Source: Methylophagaceae bacterium
GTDB taxonomy: Bacteria > Pseudomonadota > Gammaproteobacteria > Nitrosococcales > Methylophagaceae
Length of the DNA: 64,000 nucleotides
NCBI GenBank assembly: GCA_965199725.1
Contig: OZ241321.1
Span: forward strand, 1,433,359 to 1,497,358
Direction of reading: 5' to 3'
Below, in pieces: positions 50,742-60,329 of the stretch. Under the pieces are notes generated by a model. That model searched no databases and was not told the DNA's origin. It saw only the letters and a list, made by a program, of their open reading frames with translations. Every line of letters starts with the position of its first letter. Position 1 is the stretch's first letter. Made by a program: the position numbers and the translations under genes.

Positions 50742-51104
50742 ATGAAGTTATCAATTCTTTCAGCCATTATCATGCTGTTCCTAACAGCCTGTGCAAGCAC
50801 TTCGGACATAGAAAGACTACAGGGGTATATTGATTCAGTGCAGGCAGCCGCTGATTCTGCATTATCTACTGCAAGTAGCGCACAAAGCGCTGCAGATGAA
50901 GCAGCTCGGCTGGCGGATGAAGCCAATATCAACGCAAGTAGCGCACAAAGCGCTGCACATGAAGCACGAAACACTGCCAATAATGCCCAAGATGATGTAT
51001 ATGGCTTGACCGAAAGTTTGATTACCAGTCTGCAAAGCTTTCAAGAGCGAACAGATACGTCAGATCAGAACAAGGATGACGACAGATACCTCCGTCTCAG
51101 ATAA
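50742..51104 (+). CDS. alanine-rich lipoprotein (Lpp/OprI-like alanine zipper?)
   Basis: Signal peptide with lipobox LTAC, then a helical Ala/Ser/Gln-rich segment with an internal repeat SSAQSAA.EA. Confidence 0.5.
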   Translation: MKLSILSAIIMLFLTACASTSDIERLQGYIDSVQAAADSALSTASSAQSAADEAARLADEANINASSAQSAAHEARNTANNAQDDVYGLTESLITSLQSFQERTDTSDQNKDDDRYLRLR

Positions 51105-51117
51105 TGCACAATCGGGG

Positions 51118-52521
51118 CTACAGTAGGCCAATGACATAAAACAGATAGCATATACTGGCGATGCTTATAGCAGCAATTAGATTGATGACCAGACCTTGCC
51201 TTATCATATCGCTAATTTGAATTCTGTCTGTACCAAAGACAATGGCATTTGGCGGCGTTGCCACTGGTAGCATAAACGCGCAACTGGTAGCCATTGCCGC
51301 TGGCAACATCAGAACCGTCGGATTCATTTCGTTGCTGATGGCAGCTGTTGCCAGGATTGGCATCAGTAGGGTGGCGGTGGCGGTATTGCTGGTAATTTCA
51401 GTGAGAAAGGTAATACATAGTACCAGTGTCAGTAACAGTAAAAAGATAGGTAACGTGGTTAAATCTGACATGGCATTACCAATGGCTGCACTTAAACCAA
51501 CACTAGTAAATGCTTTGGCAATCGCAATACCGCTGGCAAATAGAATCAACACACCCCAGTGGATAGTGTTAGCATATTGCCAGTTCAGTAGTTTACTGTC
51601 TTCACCATCGCTGATCATAAACAGTGCCAGCACTGCCATTAGCGCAACCGAACCATAACTGGCATGAGGTAACCACTGCCCCCAACCACCATAAGGATGT
51701 TTCAGGGTAATCCAGGCCAGAGCAGTAATTGCAAACACTGTCAGCACACGTTTTTCCGGCAGCCGCCAGCAACCAAGTTTGGGCAATATCAGTTGATTTT
51801 TACCATTTAAGTGGCGGCTTAACCATATAGCGGTTACAGGTATCAGTACCACAACTATCGGAATAGTTAATGCCATCCAGCCCAAAAAGCTGACTTCGTT
51901 ACCAGTGGTGCTTTGGTAAATACCCATCATAACGACATTAGTGGGTGTACCAATAGGTGTACCTAAACCACCTATGCTGGCAGCATAGGCAATGCCAAGT
52001 AGTATGGCTACTACCAGTGGCCGATTTTGGGTTTTTTCCAGTATTGCCATAGCGACTGGCAACAACATCAGGGTGGTAGCTGTGTTAGATATCCACATGG
52101 ATAAAACTGCGGATGCCGCCATAAATCCTAATACCAGACGACGTTCAGAGCTACCACCAAATAAACGCACCATAGTCAGAGCAATACGGACATGCGCACC
52201 GCTTTTTTCCATTGCTTTTGACAGCATGGCACCACCCAGCAACAGCAGAATCAGTGGATGACCATAAGACGAAGCTACCTGTGCTGGAGTTAGTAGTCCC
52301 AGTAGCGGGAACAGCGCCAACGGAATCAGTGAGGTAGCTGGAATAGGAATCGCTTCAAGCATCCACCACAGGGCGCATATTAAGGTCATCCCACCAACTA
52401 GACAGGCATTGATTGGCCAGCCTGCAACAAACATTCGCTCACCAAGCAAGACAGCGAGCAACGGTGCCAGCCATAAAATATGCCGCTTCATTATTGCTAT
52501 ACATATGCGAAATGTTTGCAT
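51118..52521 (-). CDS. SLC13/DASS-family anion:sodium symporter
   Basis: 467 aa, highly hydrophobic, with two SNT/ATPPN hairpin-like motifs (WISNTATT, VATPPNA). Confidence 0.75.
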   Translation of the reverse strand: MQTFRICIAIMKRHILWLAPLLAVLLGERMFVAGWPINACLVGGMTLICALWWMLEAIPIPATSLIPLALFPLLGLLTPAQVASSYGHPLILLLLGGAMLSKAMEKSGAHVRIALTMVRLFGGSSERRLVLGFMAASAVLSMWISNTATTLMLLPVAMAILEKTQNRPLVVAILLGIAYAASIGGLGTPIGTPTNVVMMGIYQSTTGNEVSFLGWMALTIPIVVVLIPVTAIWLSRHLNGKNQLILPKLGCWRLPEKRVLTVFAITALAWITLKHPYGGWGQWLPHASYGSVALMAVLALFMISDGEDSKLLNWQYANTIHWGVLILFASGIAIAKAFTSVGLSAAIGNAMSDLTTLPIFLLLLTLVLCITFLTEITSNTATATLLMPILATAAISNEMNPTVLMLPAAMATSCAFMLPVATPPNAIVFGTDRIQISDMIRQGLVINLIAAISIASICYLFYVIGLL

Positions 52522-53039
52522 TTGCCTGCCTATGCTACACGGTGAACTTTATGCAAGCAACTTACCGTGCAAGTGACCTAAGTCAGGGGTGCCTAGCTTT
52601 TTGTGTAGTGTAGATTATAATTACCCATACTATTGTAGTAGGTATTTAAGGTACTATATTTACCTTTAAAGTTACCTTTTTGGATAAAAACTGAATATGG
52701 GATTCATGATCGTTGTTGGTAGCTAAGCCTTGTATCAGTCTGTCTATTTGCTGTTTAACAGTTGGGAATAGCTATGTACATTGCCAGTGCGAATCACTAT
52801 GAACAGCCCGATACCAAGTCATCGCATGATTTTACCTATAGCGCCTTGCGCTACTTGGTTATCAGGCACTAAGCTATGAATATCTGACAACAGAAGGACG
52901 CTATAGGCAGGCATACTGGCTTGTTTGTGCGATTAATAATTATTGGGAAAATTCAGGTTGGGCGACAACATTATCTGGTGGGTGCTTTTGTGTTGCTGGC
53001 CATGATACCAAACCATAGGCAGCTCTAGTGGTGATTTTA

Positions 53040-53116
53040 GCCTCCGTAGCTCAGATGGATAGAGCATCCCCCTCCTAAGGGGAAGGTCGTGCGTTCAAAT
53101 CGCGCCGGGGGCACCA
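53040..53116 (+). tRNA. tRNA-Arg (anticodon CCT)
   Basis: Manual cloverleaf: acceptor GCCTCCG/CGGGGGC, D arm GCTC...GAGC, anticodon stem TCCCC/GGGGA with loop CTCCTAA, T arm GTGCG-TTCAAAT-CGCGC, and an encoded CCA. Confidence 0.9.
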
Positions 53117-53130
53117 CACACTTTATTTAC

Positions 53131-53595
53131 CTAGATATATAAGGTAACATCAGCTTCGCTGGCAAATTCTAGGTATGTGGTAGCACCACCAGCAATAACA
53201 CCATCAATAAAGTCTTTGGGATTAGCATCAAACAGATCAGCAGTCATTTGACAGGCAATAAGCTCAACCCCTGATTGAATGCAGATATCACGCAACTTGG
53301 CTACGCTAGCCACGCCTTTTTTCTTTAATTTACGCCTCATCATCCAGGTAGCGAACCATTCCAGTCCTGGTAGTATTTGCACGATGCTTGGTACAGGTAT
53401 TGGCATGGGCATGGCAGGATTACCCAACGGTGATACTTTTAGTGCTAGGTTTCTATTGAGTAGCCCCAGACCATAAAAAGTGAAGAATATTTTCACTTCA
53501 AAGTCAAGTGCGACCGCAGTAGATGCAAGCAGAAAAGGTGGATAAGCACCGTCCAGTGAGCCTTTACTGGCAATAATTGCGAGTTTCTTAGCCAT
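53131..53595 (-). CDS. DsrE/DsrF-like family protein
   Basis: 154 aa. MAKKLAIIASKGSLDGAYPPF... resembles the COG2210 DsrE-like proteins commonly paired with TusA. Confidence 0.6.
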   Translation of the reverse strand: MAKKLAIIASKGSLDGAYPPFLLASTAVALDFEVKIFFTFYGLGLLNRNLALKVSPLGNPAMPMPIPVPSIVQILPGLEWFATWMMRRKLKKKGVASVAKLRDICIQSGVELIACQMTADLFDANPKDFIDGVIAGGATTYLEFASEADVTLYI

Positions 53596-53598
53596 AAC

Positions 53599-53832
53599 TT
53601 AACTCCCTTTTTCAATAATAAAATGCAACTCATTATCGCGTTTATATTGTGAAATTAACAGGTTGCCAGTCATGTTGGCAAAGGCAGGAATATCCTGTTT
53701 AGCACCTATATCAGTGGCGATAAGATGGAGGCGCTGACCAGCAGTCATTGACAATAACGATTTACGCACTTTGAGTACTGGTAATGGGCAGTTTAAGCCG
53801 CAAGCGTCAAGTTCTAAATCAAAGTTAGCCAT
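53599..53832 (-). CDS. TusA-family sulfurtransferase
   Basis: 77 aa. LDACGLNCPLPVLK contains the conserved Cys-Pro motif. Confidence 0.8.
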   Translation of the reverse strand: MANFDLELDACGLNCPLPVLKVRKSLLSMTAGQRLHLIATDIGAKQDIPAFANMTGNLLISQYKRDNELHFIIEKGS

Positions 53833-53888
53833 ATTATTTACTCATTTAACACCTTAATGTGTAATGATACACTAATTAAAGAAGGTAA

Positions 53889-55361
53889 TTGTTTTCGGTG
53901 AAACTTATAACATTGATTAGCGGTCTATCAGCCATGGTGAAGATTATCGTGTTGGGGCTAACTATCTGGACGTTAAGTTTTGCGCAAACGTCAGATATTC
54001 TTTTGCCCGATATTGGCGACAGTGCTGGTGCATTATTATCGCCACAAGAGGAATACCGGATTGGCCAGTCATTTTATTGGCATATGCAACAATCAATGGA
54101 TTTGATTGACGATCCGGAAATAAATGGTTACCTGCAATCAGTAGGCTATCGCATTGTTGCCGCTAGTGATTCTCCAAGTCTGCAGTTTACCTTTTTTATG
54201 GTGCCAGCGGCATCAGTGAACGCATTTGCAGCGCCAGGAGGCTTTATTGGTGTGCATAGTGGTCTGTTACTTGCTGCCCAGACAGAAGATGAGTTGGCAT
54301 CTGTGTTGGCGCATGAAGTGACTCATGTTACCCAACGACACTTGTTACGTAGTTTTGAGCGATCTAGGCAATTGATAGCGCCGACGGCAGCTGCAATGAT
54401 TATGGGTGCGTTATTAGGTTCGCCAGCTACTATAATGGCGGCACAGGCGGGCAATATGCAAACGCAAATAAATTTTACCCGATCAAATGAGGCTGAAGCT
54501 GATAATTTAGGCATGTTAGCCCTGGTGAGAGCTGGATTTGATCCGACAGCTATGCCAGCATTTTTTGAGCGTTTGCAGAAGATTGACCGATTTTATGCTA
54601 GTGGTGCCGCCCCAGAGTTTTTGCGTACCCATCCAATAACGACATCTCGTATCGCTGATGCACGTGGGCGAGCGACAAACTACTCTAAAAAAACACTATC
54701 AAACAATAGCCTACAATTTTATTTAATGCGGGAAAAATTGCGAGTGATGCTGGCGACCAATTTATCGCAATTAAAACTGTATTATAGTGACAAGCTAGCA
54801 ACAGGAAACAGCCTGAACGAAACAGCGACTCGATATGGTTACAGTCTTGCCTTGATGGCATCAGGAGATTATGCTGAGGCCAGAAACATATTATCTTCAC
54901 TTATTGAGCAGGATAGTGATTGTTTGAGCTATCAGCTTGCATTGGCAGATATTGAAATTGCCGTCGGTCAATTAGAGACGGCGTTGGCGATCTATCAGGA
55001 TAATCAGACCCTGTATCCTGATGATCAGGTATTGACACTTAAGCAGGTGAGTCTGTTGCTGCTGACAAATTTGCCGCAACAAGCCACATCTTTATTGTTA
55101 GGGCAACTGGAATTAGGTAATGTATCAGGTAATTTGTACAAGTTATTAGCGCAGGCTAAAAATGATATGGGTGAAAAAAGCCAGTCTCATAGTTGGTTGG
55201 CCGAGTATTATTACCATTCGGGTCGTCTGGATCAGGCACTGGACCAGTTGTATTTAGCAGCACAGTTTGTTGAAGGGGATGAATACCAATTAGCAAAAAT
55301 TACTGCTAGATTGCGTGCTATGGAAAGTATGTTGATGGCAATGAGAGCCGAGGATGGTTGA
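53889..55361 (+). CDS. bepA: BepA-like M48 metalloprotease with C-terminal TPR region
   Basis: LPDIGDSAG...DDPEINGYLQSVGYRIV and HEVTHVTQRH closely parallel E. coli BepA/YfgC. The start is uncertain (TTG 53889, or ATG 53934, which gives a cleaner signal peptide). Confidence 0.8.
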   Translation: MFSVKLITLISGLSAMVKIIVLGLTIWTLSFAQTSDILLPDIGDSAGALLSPQEEYRIGQSFYWHMQQSMDLIDDPEINGYLQSVGYRIVAASDSPSLQFTFFMVPAASVNAFAAPGGFIGVHSGLLLAAQTEDELASVLAHEVTHVTQRHLLRSFERSRQLIAPTAAAMIMGALLGSPATIMAAQAGNMQTQINFTRSNEAEADNLGMLALVRAGFDPTAMPAFFERLQKIDRFYASGAAPEFLRTHPITTSRIADARGRATNYSKKTLSNNSLQFYLMREKLRVMLATNLSQLKLYYSDKLATGNSLNETATRYGYSLALMASGDYAEARNILSSLIEQDSDCLSYQLALADIEIAVGQLETALAIYQDNQTLYPDDQVLTLKQVSLLLLTNLPQQATSLLLGQLELGNVSGNLYKLLAQAKNDMGEKSQSHSWLAEYYYHSGRLDQALDQLYLAAQFVEGDEYQLAKITARLRAMESMLMAMRAEDG

Positions 55362-55845
55362 AACAGTTCAGCAGCGTAGAGCACTGTTAAAGCATGTTGT
55401 ATCAGCATCAACATTAGCGTTAGTTGCTACCAGCGGCTTGTTATTGCCACGAAGATTATTGGCAATGACTTATTGGCCAACAGATGCCTTTAATGCTGAA
55501 ACAGTTGAAGATGTCCTATTGGCATTGTTAGGGCAAGCAGAGATTGCTGATGATATTGCGCTACGATTTAAGGTAGGCTCACCACCAAGTTATGCAGTTA
55601 ATGGTGCTAAAGTGCCTATCGAAATACATAGCGAGTTAACTGGTATTGAGCGTATCGTAGTAATTGTCGAAAAAAACCCATTGCCGTTGGCAATGATCTT
55701 GGATGTGACTCCAGCAATTAAATTGCCCTTCAAAAGCATGATTAGGGTCAGTGAAGATTCTTTAGTTTTGGCTGTTGTTCGTGCTAATAGTAAATTATAT
55801 AAGACTACTCGGTTTGTTGAAGTTGATATTGGAGGCTGTGGTTAG
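55354..55845 (+). CDS. soxY: sulfur carrier protein SoxY
   Basis: Tat-type signal QQRRALLK and a C-terminal swinging-arm motif ...VDIGGCG*. Start overlaps the bepA stop by 8 nt. Confidence 0.8.
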   Translation: MVETVQQRRALLKHVVSASTLALVATSGLLLPRRLLAMTYWPTDAFNAETVEDVLLALLGQAEIADDIALRFKVGSPPSYAVNGAKVPIEIHSELTGIERIVVIVEKNPLPLAMILDVTPAIKLPFKSMIRVSEDSLVLAVVRANSKLYKTTRFVEVDIGGCG

Positions 55846-56162
55846 TGGGTTTGCCGTCAAAAGATCGTATTCGTGCCAAGTTAAAATCAGGTAACACCAC
55901 AGTGCGTTTGCTACTAGCCCATCCTATGCATACTGGTCATGCTGAAAATGACGCTGGTGATTTAATTCCCGCCCATTTTATTCAGGACATCCGTTGTTGG
56001 CGAAACGATGAGGAGGTACTGACCATTAAATGTGGTACAGCAACAGCGCGTAATCCTTATTTTTCGTTCTATTTAGCAGGTGGTATCTTAGGCGATAATA
56101 TTACTATTCGTTGGGTGGATAACGCTGGCAAAAATGGTAAGGCGACAACGGTCGTTATATGA
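55845..56162 (+). CDS. soxZ: SoxZ
   Basis: 105 aa. LLAHPMHTGH, IPAHFI and ARNPYFSF motifs. The GTG start abuts the soxY stop codon (55843-55845). Confidence 0.8.
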   Translation: MGLPSKDRIRAKLKSGNTTVRLLLAHPMHTGHAENDAGDLIPAHFIQDIRCWRNDEEVLTIKCGTATARNPYFSFYLAGGILGDNITIRWVDNAGKNGKATTVVI

Positions 56163-57874
56163 GCCTGAGGCTTAAAGTAAATTTATTTTTTGCCATATTA
56201 TTAGTAACATCATTGTTAGCTAGTACAGGTGCACTTATTTCAAATGCGCGTCAGTCGGTAAAAACTGAAGTTGAAGATGCGATGGCATCAGCAGCACGCC
56301 TTATCATGGTTTCCCTAGGCACAACAATTAATAGAAACATTGGTGTGTATGATCATCTGCAAGACATGATCAAAGAATTAAGCAAAATACGCAGCTTGAA
56401 TATTTTGTTATTTGATTCTGAACGATTGTTATTTGAAGGTGAACCTAAAGCTGCGGAACTGGCTTTCCCACCAGCCTGGTTTATCAAGTTGTTATCTCCT
56501 GATGTAAAACCGTTATCAAAACAGTTTGGCAATGGTCGTATAGTTATTTATCCAGCACCTATCCATGAGATTAGCGAAACATGGCTGGATATCCGCGATA
56601 TTTTGGTATTGGGCATAGCAATATTTATATTAGTTGGTTTATTGCTATATCAGGGTGTTGGTCGACTGTTGAAACCATTGGAGCATGTGTTAACGGCGCT
56701 GGCAGGTTTTGAGCGTGGCGATTTATATCTGCGCTTACCCCGATTCTCGCTGATGGAAATGGACAGAATCGGCCAGATGTTTAATCGTATGGGGCGAAAT
56801 CTGGAACTCAGCATTGAAGAAAATAGTCGGTTAGCGGTGTTGGTTCAACAGGCAGGTGATGCTATTTTGTCACTGGATCACACTGGCCATATCAGCTTTT
56901 TTAATAATGCGGCAGAACAACTATTCAGTGAATATTCTACTAATTTATTAGGGGAAGAGCTGGCAAATTTGGGCTTTATAAGCCGCCGTCAGAAGATTGC
57001 TGATATTGTCGAAAAATGTGATACAGTGGATAATTTGGAGGTTGAATTAATGCAGTCTGATCAGGTTATATCGTTGCTATTTTCGACAGTACCGTTAATC
57101 GACGTTAACAAAGTTGTGCGAGGGGTGATTTGTACATTACGCGATATTACTGAGCATAAAAAGGCTGAAATTGCTGCAACTAAGTTGCATGAATCAAGGT
57201 TATTGGCCCAACATATCACTGATGCTCAGGATGCTGAACGCCGCCACTTAGCACAAGAACTACATGATGAATTAGGTCAATGTTTAACCGCAATTAAAAC
57301 TGATGCAGTGTTGATCCGTAACCGCATTGCAAAGTCTGAGCCAAAAGTTTTTTCCAGTGCACAAGCAATTATTGATGTGGCAAGCCATATATATGATCTT
57401 GTTCATAACATGATTACTCGATTAAGACCAAGCCCGCTTGATGATTTGGGTCTTCTGTCAACTCTGCAGCAAACTGTGACTGAATGGCAACAGCGTCAGC
57501 CAGATATTAAGTTTGATTTAATCGTAAGTGGTTTGCTAGATAATCTCAATGAGACGATAAATATGACCGTATTTCGAGTGGTGCAGGAATCTATTACTAA
57601 TGCTGTGCGACATGCTGACGCATCATATATATCAATATCCGTTGCCAATGAACAAAAGGGTGAACAGGGGCACCAGTTGGCGATTGATATATGTGATGAT
57701 GGTAAGGGTATGCAAGTGGAAGATTTTCATGCAGATGTTGATTTTGGGTTACTGGGTATGCGTGAGCGTACCCATAGTCTTGGTGGGCGCTTTCAGTTAG
57801 AAAGCACGCCTGGCACAGGGCTTGCAATACACATAACCTTACCCCTGACTGATGAAGAGCAGCATGGGCATTAA
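56159..57874 (+). CDS. sensor histidine kinase (NarX/UhpB-like, HisKA_3) with periplasmic loop, HAMP and PAS regions
   Basis: Two TM helices flank a loop of about 130 aa. H-box ELHDELGQCLTAIK and a HATPase_c N/G box. ATGA overlap with soxZ. Confidence 0.8.
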   Translation: MSLRLKVNLFFAILLVTSLLASTGALISNARQSVKTEVEDAMASAARLIMVSLGTTINRNIGVYDHLQDMIKELSKIRSLNILLFDSERLLFEGEPKAAELAFPPAWFIKLLSPDVKPLSKQFGNGRIVIYPAPIHEISETWLDIRDILVLGIAIFILVGLLLYQGVGRLLKPLEHVLTALAGFERGDLYLRLPRFSLMEMDRIGQMFNRMGRNLELSIEENSRLAVLVQQAGDAILSLDHTGHISFFNNAAEQLFSEYSTNLLGEELANLGFISRRQKIADIVEKCDTVDNLEVELMQSDQVISLLFSTVPLIDVNKVVRGVICTLRDITEHKKAEIAATKLHESRLLAQHITDAQDAERRHLAQELHDELGQCLTAIKTDAVLIRNRIAKSEPKVFSSAQAIIDVASHIYDLVHNMITRLRPSPLDDLGLLSTLQQTVTEWQQRQPDIKFDLIVSGLLDNLNETINMTVFRVVQESITNAVRHADASYISISVANEQKGEQGHQLAIDICDDGKGMQVEDFHADVDFGLLGMRERTHSLGGRFQLESTPGTGLAIHITLPLTDEEQHGH

Positions 57875-58508
57875 TACCACAACAGTATTATTGGTAGATG
57901 ATCATGATCTGGTACGCGCTGGTTTTCGGCGGCTATTGGAAGATGAAGGCAAGTTCACTGTTATTGATGAAGTAAGCAGTGGTGAGCAGGCAATAAAGCA
58001 GTACATAGAGCATCAACCAGATGTTGTTATAATGGATATTTCAATGCCGGGTATTGGCGGCATTGGCGCAATTGAACGCATTATTGCACATGACTCAGAG
58101 GCGCGTATTTTAGTGCTGAGTGTACATGAAGACAGTGTGTTTACCACACGCGCACTCCAGGCTGGTGCTAAGGGGTTTGTGCCAAAACGTAGCGCTCCCG
58201 AAGAAATGATTAAAGCATTAGCGCAGGTTGCTGCAGGGCGGATGTATATTGATTCTGCTGTTGCTCAGCAGATTGCAATGCAGAAATTGCAGAACTCAGA
58301 CAATATTCTAGATGCGCTTAGTCGGCGGGAGTTTGATGTATTCTGCTTGTTGGCAGAAGGAAAAACCGTTAATGAAATTGCTGATACTTTGAGTTTAAGC
58401 CCCAAAACAGTCGGGACCCACTATACAAACATCAAACAGAAGCTGGGGGTGTCCAATGCTGCTGAATTGGCAAGGCTAGCTATTCGTAGCGGATTATTGG
58501 ATGCCTGA
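57864..58508 (+). CDS. NarL/LuxR-family response regulator
   Basis: Receiver domain (VLLVDDH...DVVIMDISMPG) plus a LuxR HTH (REFDVFCLLAEGKTVNEIA). The ATG at 57864 has a better RBS than the ORF-track start at 57852. Confidence 0.85.
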   Translation: MGINTTTVLLVDDHDLVRAGFRRLLEDEGKFTVIDEVSSGEQAIKQYIEHQPDVVIMDISMPGIGGIGAIERIIAHDSEARILVLSVHEDSVFTTRALQAGAKGFVPKRSAPEEMIKALAQVAAGRMYIDSAVAQQIAMQKLQNSDNILDALSRREFDVFCLLAEGKTVNEIADTLSLSPKTVGTHYTNIKQKLGVSNAAELARLAIRSGLLDA

Positions 58509-58636
58509 TAATTACCTTAAGGATAATCCTGAGAAAAGTCAGGCTTTTTTCTCTAATACTGATGATATTAAGAAGCTTAGTATAATAACCTCAAGACTAG
58601 TTTAGGCGCTAGTTGTTTTTTTAAGGAGGATAAGTT

Positions 58637-58708
58637 ATGTGGACTAAACCAGAATACTCAGATATGCGTTTCGGTTTTGAAGTTACCATGTATATTTGCA
58701 ACCGTTAA
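58637..58708 (+). CDS. pqqA: PQQ precursor peptide PqqA (copy 1, orphan)
   Basis: 23 codons, [23 protein letters not shown], with the conserved E-x3-Y (EVTMY). AAGGAGG RBS 6 nt upstream. Below the ORF-track size cut-off. Confidence 0.85.
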   Translation: MWTKPEYSDMRFGFEVTMYICNR

Positions 58709-58732
58709 TTTGCAATATCTGAAAAACAACAA

Positions 58733-58764
58733 AGCTCCGTGGCTTAAATAGCGCGGGGCTTTTT
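58733..58764 (+). terminator. intrinsic terminator after pqqA copy 1
   Basis: 9-bp stem AGCTCCGTG/CGCGGGGCT (two G-U pairs), a 10-nt loop, then TTTT. Confidence 0.55.
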
Positions 58765-58987
58765 ATGTTAGCCTCTATCAAATTGGGCGTATCGTCCAAC
58801 CTGAGCATTTTTATAATCTGTCTGTAAGGTTATCTGCTGCGCAAAAGCTGATTGATCATTTATTTATATCTGTATATTTGCTACTATAATTAAAACACTT
58901 GAGGCTGTGCAAAGGCTCAAGCTTGCCAAATACGTGCAACCAAAACCGAAAAACCAATGGAATTTGTGCCATATTTAAGGAAACAGT

Positions 58988-59701
58988 ATGAGAGCTGAAC
59001 AAAGAGTGCTGACTGATAAGGCGCGGCTGATTGAAGCTTTAGCAGAAAAGTTTGTTGCCGCCGCGCACGGTGCAATTTTTGAGCGCGGCGTGTTTCATGT
59101 TGCATTGGCTGGCGGCTCTACACCAAAAGGTTTGTATCAAAAATTAGCGACTTCACCTTATGCTGAGCAGATTAACTGGGAGTCGGTTCATTTGTTCTTT
59201 GGTGATGAACGTTGTGTACTTCCAACCGATGATGACAGCAATTTTAAGATGGTGCGTGAGGCAATGATTGATCACGTTGCTATCCCCGAGCAAAATGTAC
59301 ACCGTATGCCTACAGAAAGTGGTGTAGCTGATGACATTGCCCTTGAATATGCACATACGATGAAAGCGGTGTTAGGCGCATCTCCGCTAGATTTGGTTTT
59401 ATTGGGTTTGGGTGCAGATGGTCACGTTGCATCACTGTTTCCTGGCACAGATGCGTTACATGTTACGGCAACAATGACAACGAGCGTGTATATTGAAAAA
59501 TTGGCATCGTGGCGCGTGACCATGACATATCCAGTTATCAATAATGCCAGACAGGTGGTAATACTGATAGCTGGTGAAGCTAAAGCCAGCATTGTAAACG
59601 CTGTTAACAAAGACGCAGTACACGGTCTTCCCGTGCAGCGATTGGCACCTCAGCATGACTATTACTGGTATCTGGATGCGCTGGCTGCTAAAAGTGCATG
59701 A
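58988..59701 (+). CDS. pgl: 6-phosphogluconolactonase
   Basis: 237 aa. ALAGGSTP, FFGDERCV and LGLGADGHVASLFPG motifs. Confidence 0.85.
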   Translation: MRAEQRVLTDKARLIEALAEKFVAAAHGAIFERGVFHVALAGGSTPKGLYQKLATSPYAEQINWESVHLFFGDERCVLPTDDDSNFKMVREAMIDHVAIPEQNVHRMPTESGVADDIALEYAHTMKAVLGASPLDLVLLGLGADGHVASLFPGTDALHVTATMTTSVYIEKLASWRVTMTYPVINNARQVVILIAGEAKASIVNAVNKDAVHGLPVQRLAPQHDYYWYLDALAAKSA

Positions 59702-59797
59702 ATAGTTGACCTATTGATGACAGGCAGGCATTGATTTTAATGGTAATATGGTTAAGCTCAGGCTATTTGCATTGAACCATTGTATAATTATGTAACC

Positions 59798-60184
59798 ATG
59801 ACCGCAGAGAAAACGAAACACAACATTACGGTAGATGTTGAGACCAGCTACCTTGAGCGAGAATCTTCTCCTGAAAAGGCACGCTACCTTTTTGCCTACA
59901 CGGTTACGATCAGAAATGCAGGCTTTGGGGCTGCTCGTTTATTGTCACGATACTGGAAAATTACTGGCGGCAATGGCTATGAGCAAGAGGTAGAAGGAGA
60001 CGGTGTTATTGGTATTCACCCTTATTTATCACCAGATCAAGCGTTTTGTTACAGCAGCAGTGCCATGCTGGATACGCCTGTAGGTATGATGCAGGGCTAC
60101 TATAATATGGTTGATGATAATGGTGAGCGATTTAAGGTTGATATTCCAGCATTTACTTTGGCCGTACCGCAATCATTACACTAG
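59798..60184 (+). CDS. apaG: ApaG protein
   Basis: YLFAYTVTIRN, SRYWKITGGNG and MQGYYNMVDDNGERF parallel E. coli ApaG. The internal Met gives 128 aa. Confidence 0.85.
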   Translation: MTAEKTKHNITVDVETSYLERESSPEKARYLFAYTVTIRNAGFGAARLLSRYWKITGGNGYEQEVEGDGVIGIHPYLSPDQAFCYSSSAMLDTPVGMMQGYYNMVDDNGERFKVDIPAFTLAVPQSLH

Positions 60185-60329
60185 ATGAATCACAAGTATA
60201 GCCAGCAGTTTTTCGGTGCGTTGTTTGGCGACAACATCGTCAACTATGTATTCAACAAGGAAAGGAAGCGTGACGATACACTCAATTCTTAAATTTAAGA
60301 GCAATTATTAAGGGCGTCAACAGCAGATA

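Noticed and set aside
50720-51044. Minus-strand alanine-rich ORFs (50720-50980, 50862-51044) opposite the lipoprotein gene
   Set aside because: They are the complement of GCN-rich Ala codons. The plus-strand ORF has a signal peptide, a lipobox and an RBS.
53117-53600. Integrated island or prophage immediately downstream of tRNA-Arg
   Set aside because: The dsrE-like gene ends 15 nt after the tRNA. I found no integrase and no repeat of the tRNA 3' end downstream.
58528-58556. Intrinsic terminator after the response-regulator gene (CCTGA/TCAGG followed by CTTTTTTCT)
   Set aside because: The stem is only 5 bp with a 6-nt loop, too weak to call confidently. It is noted only as a possibility.
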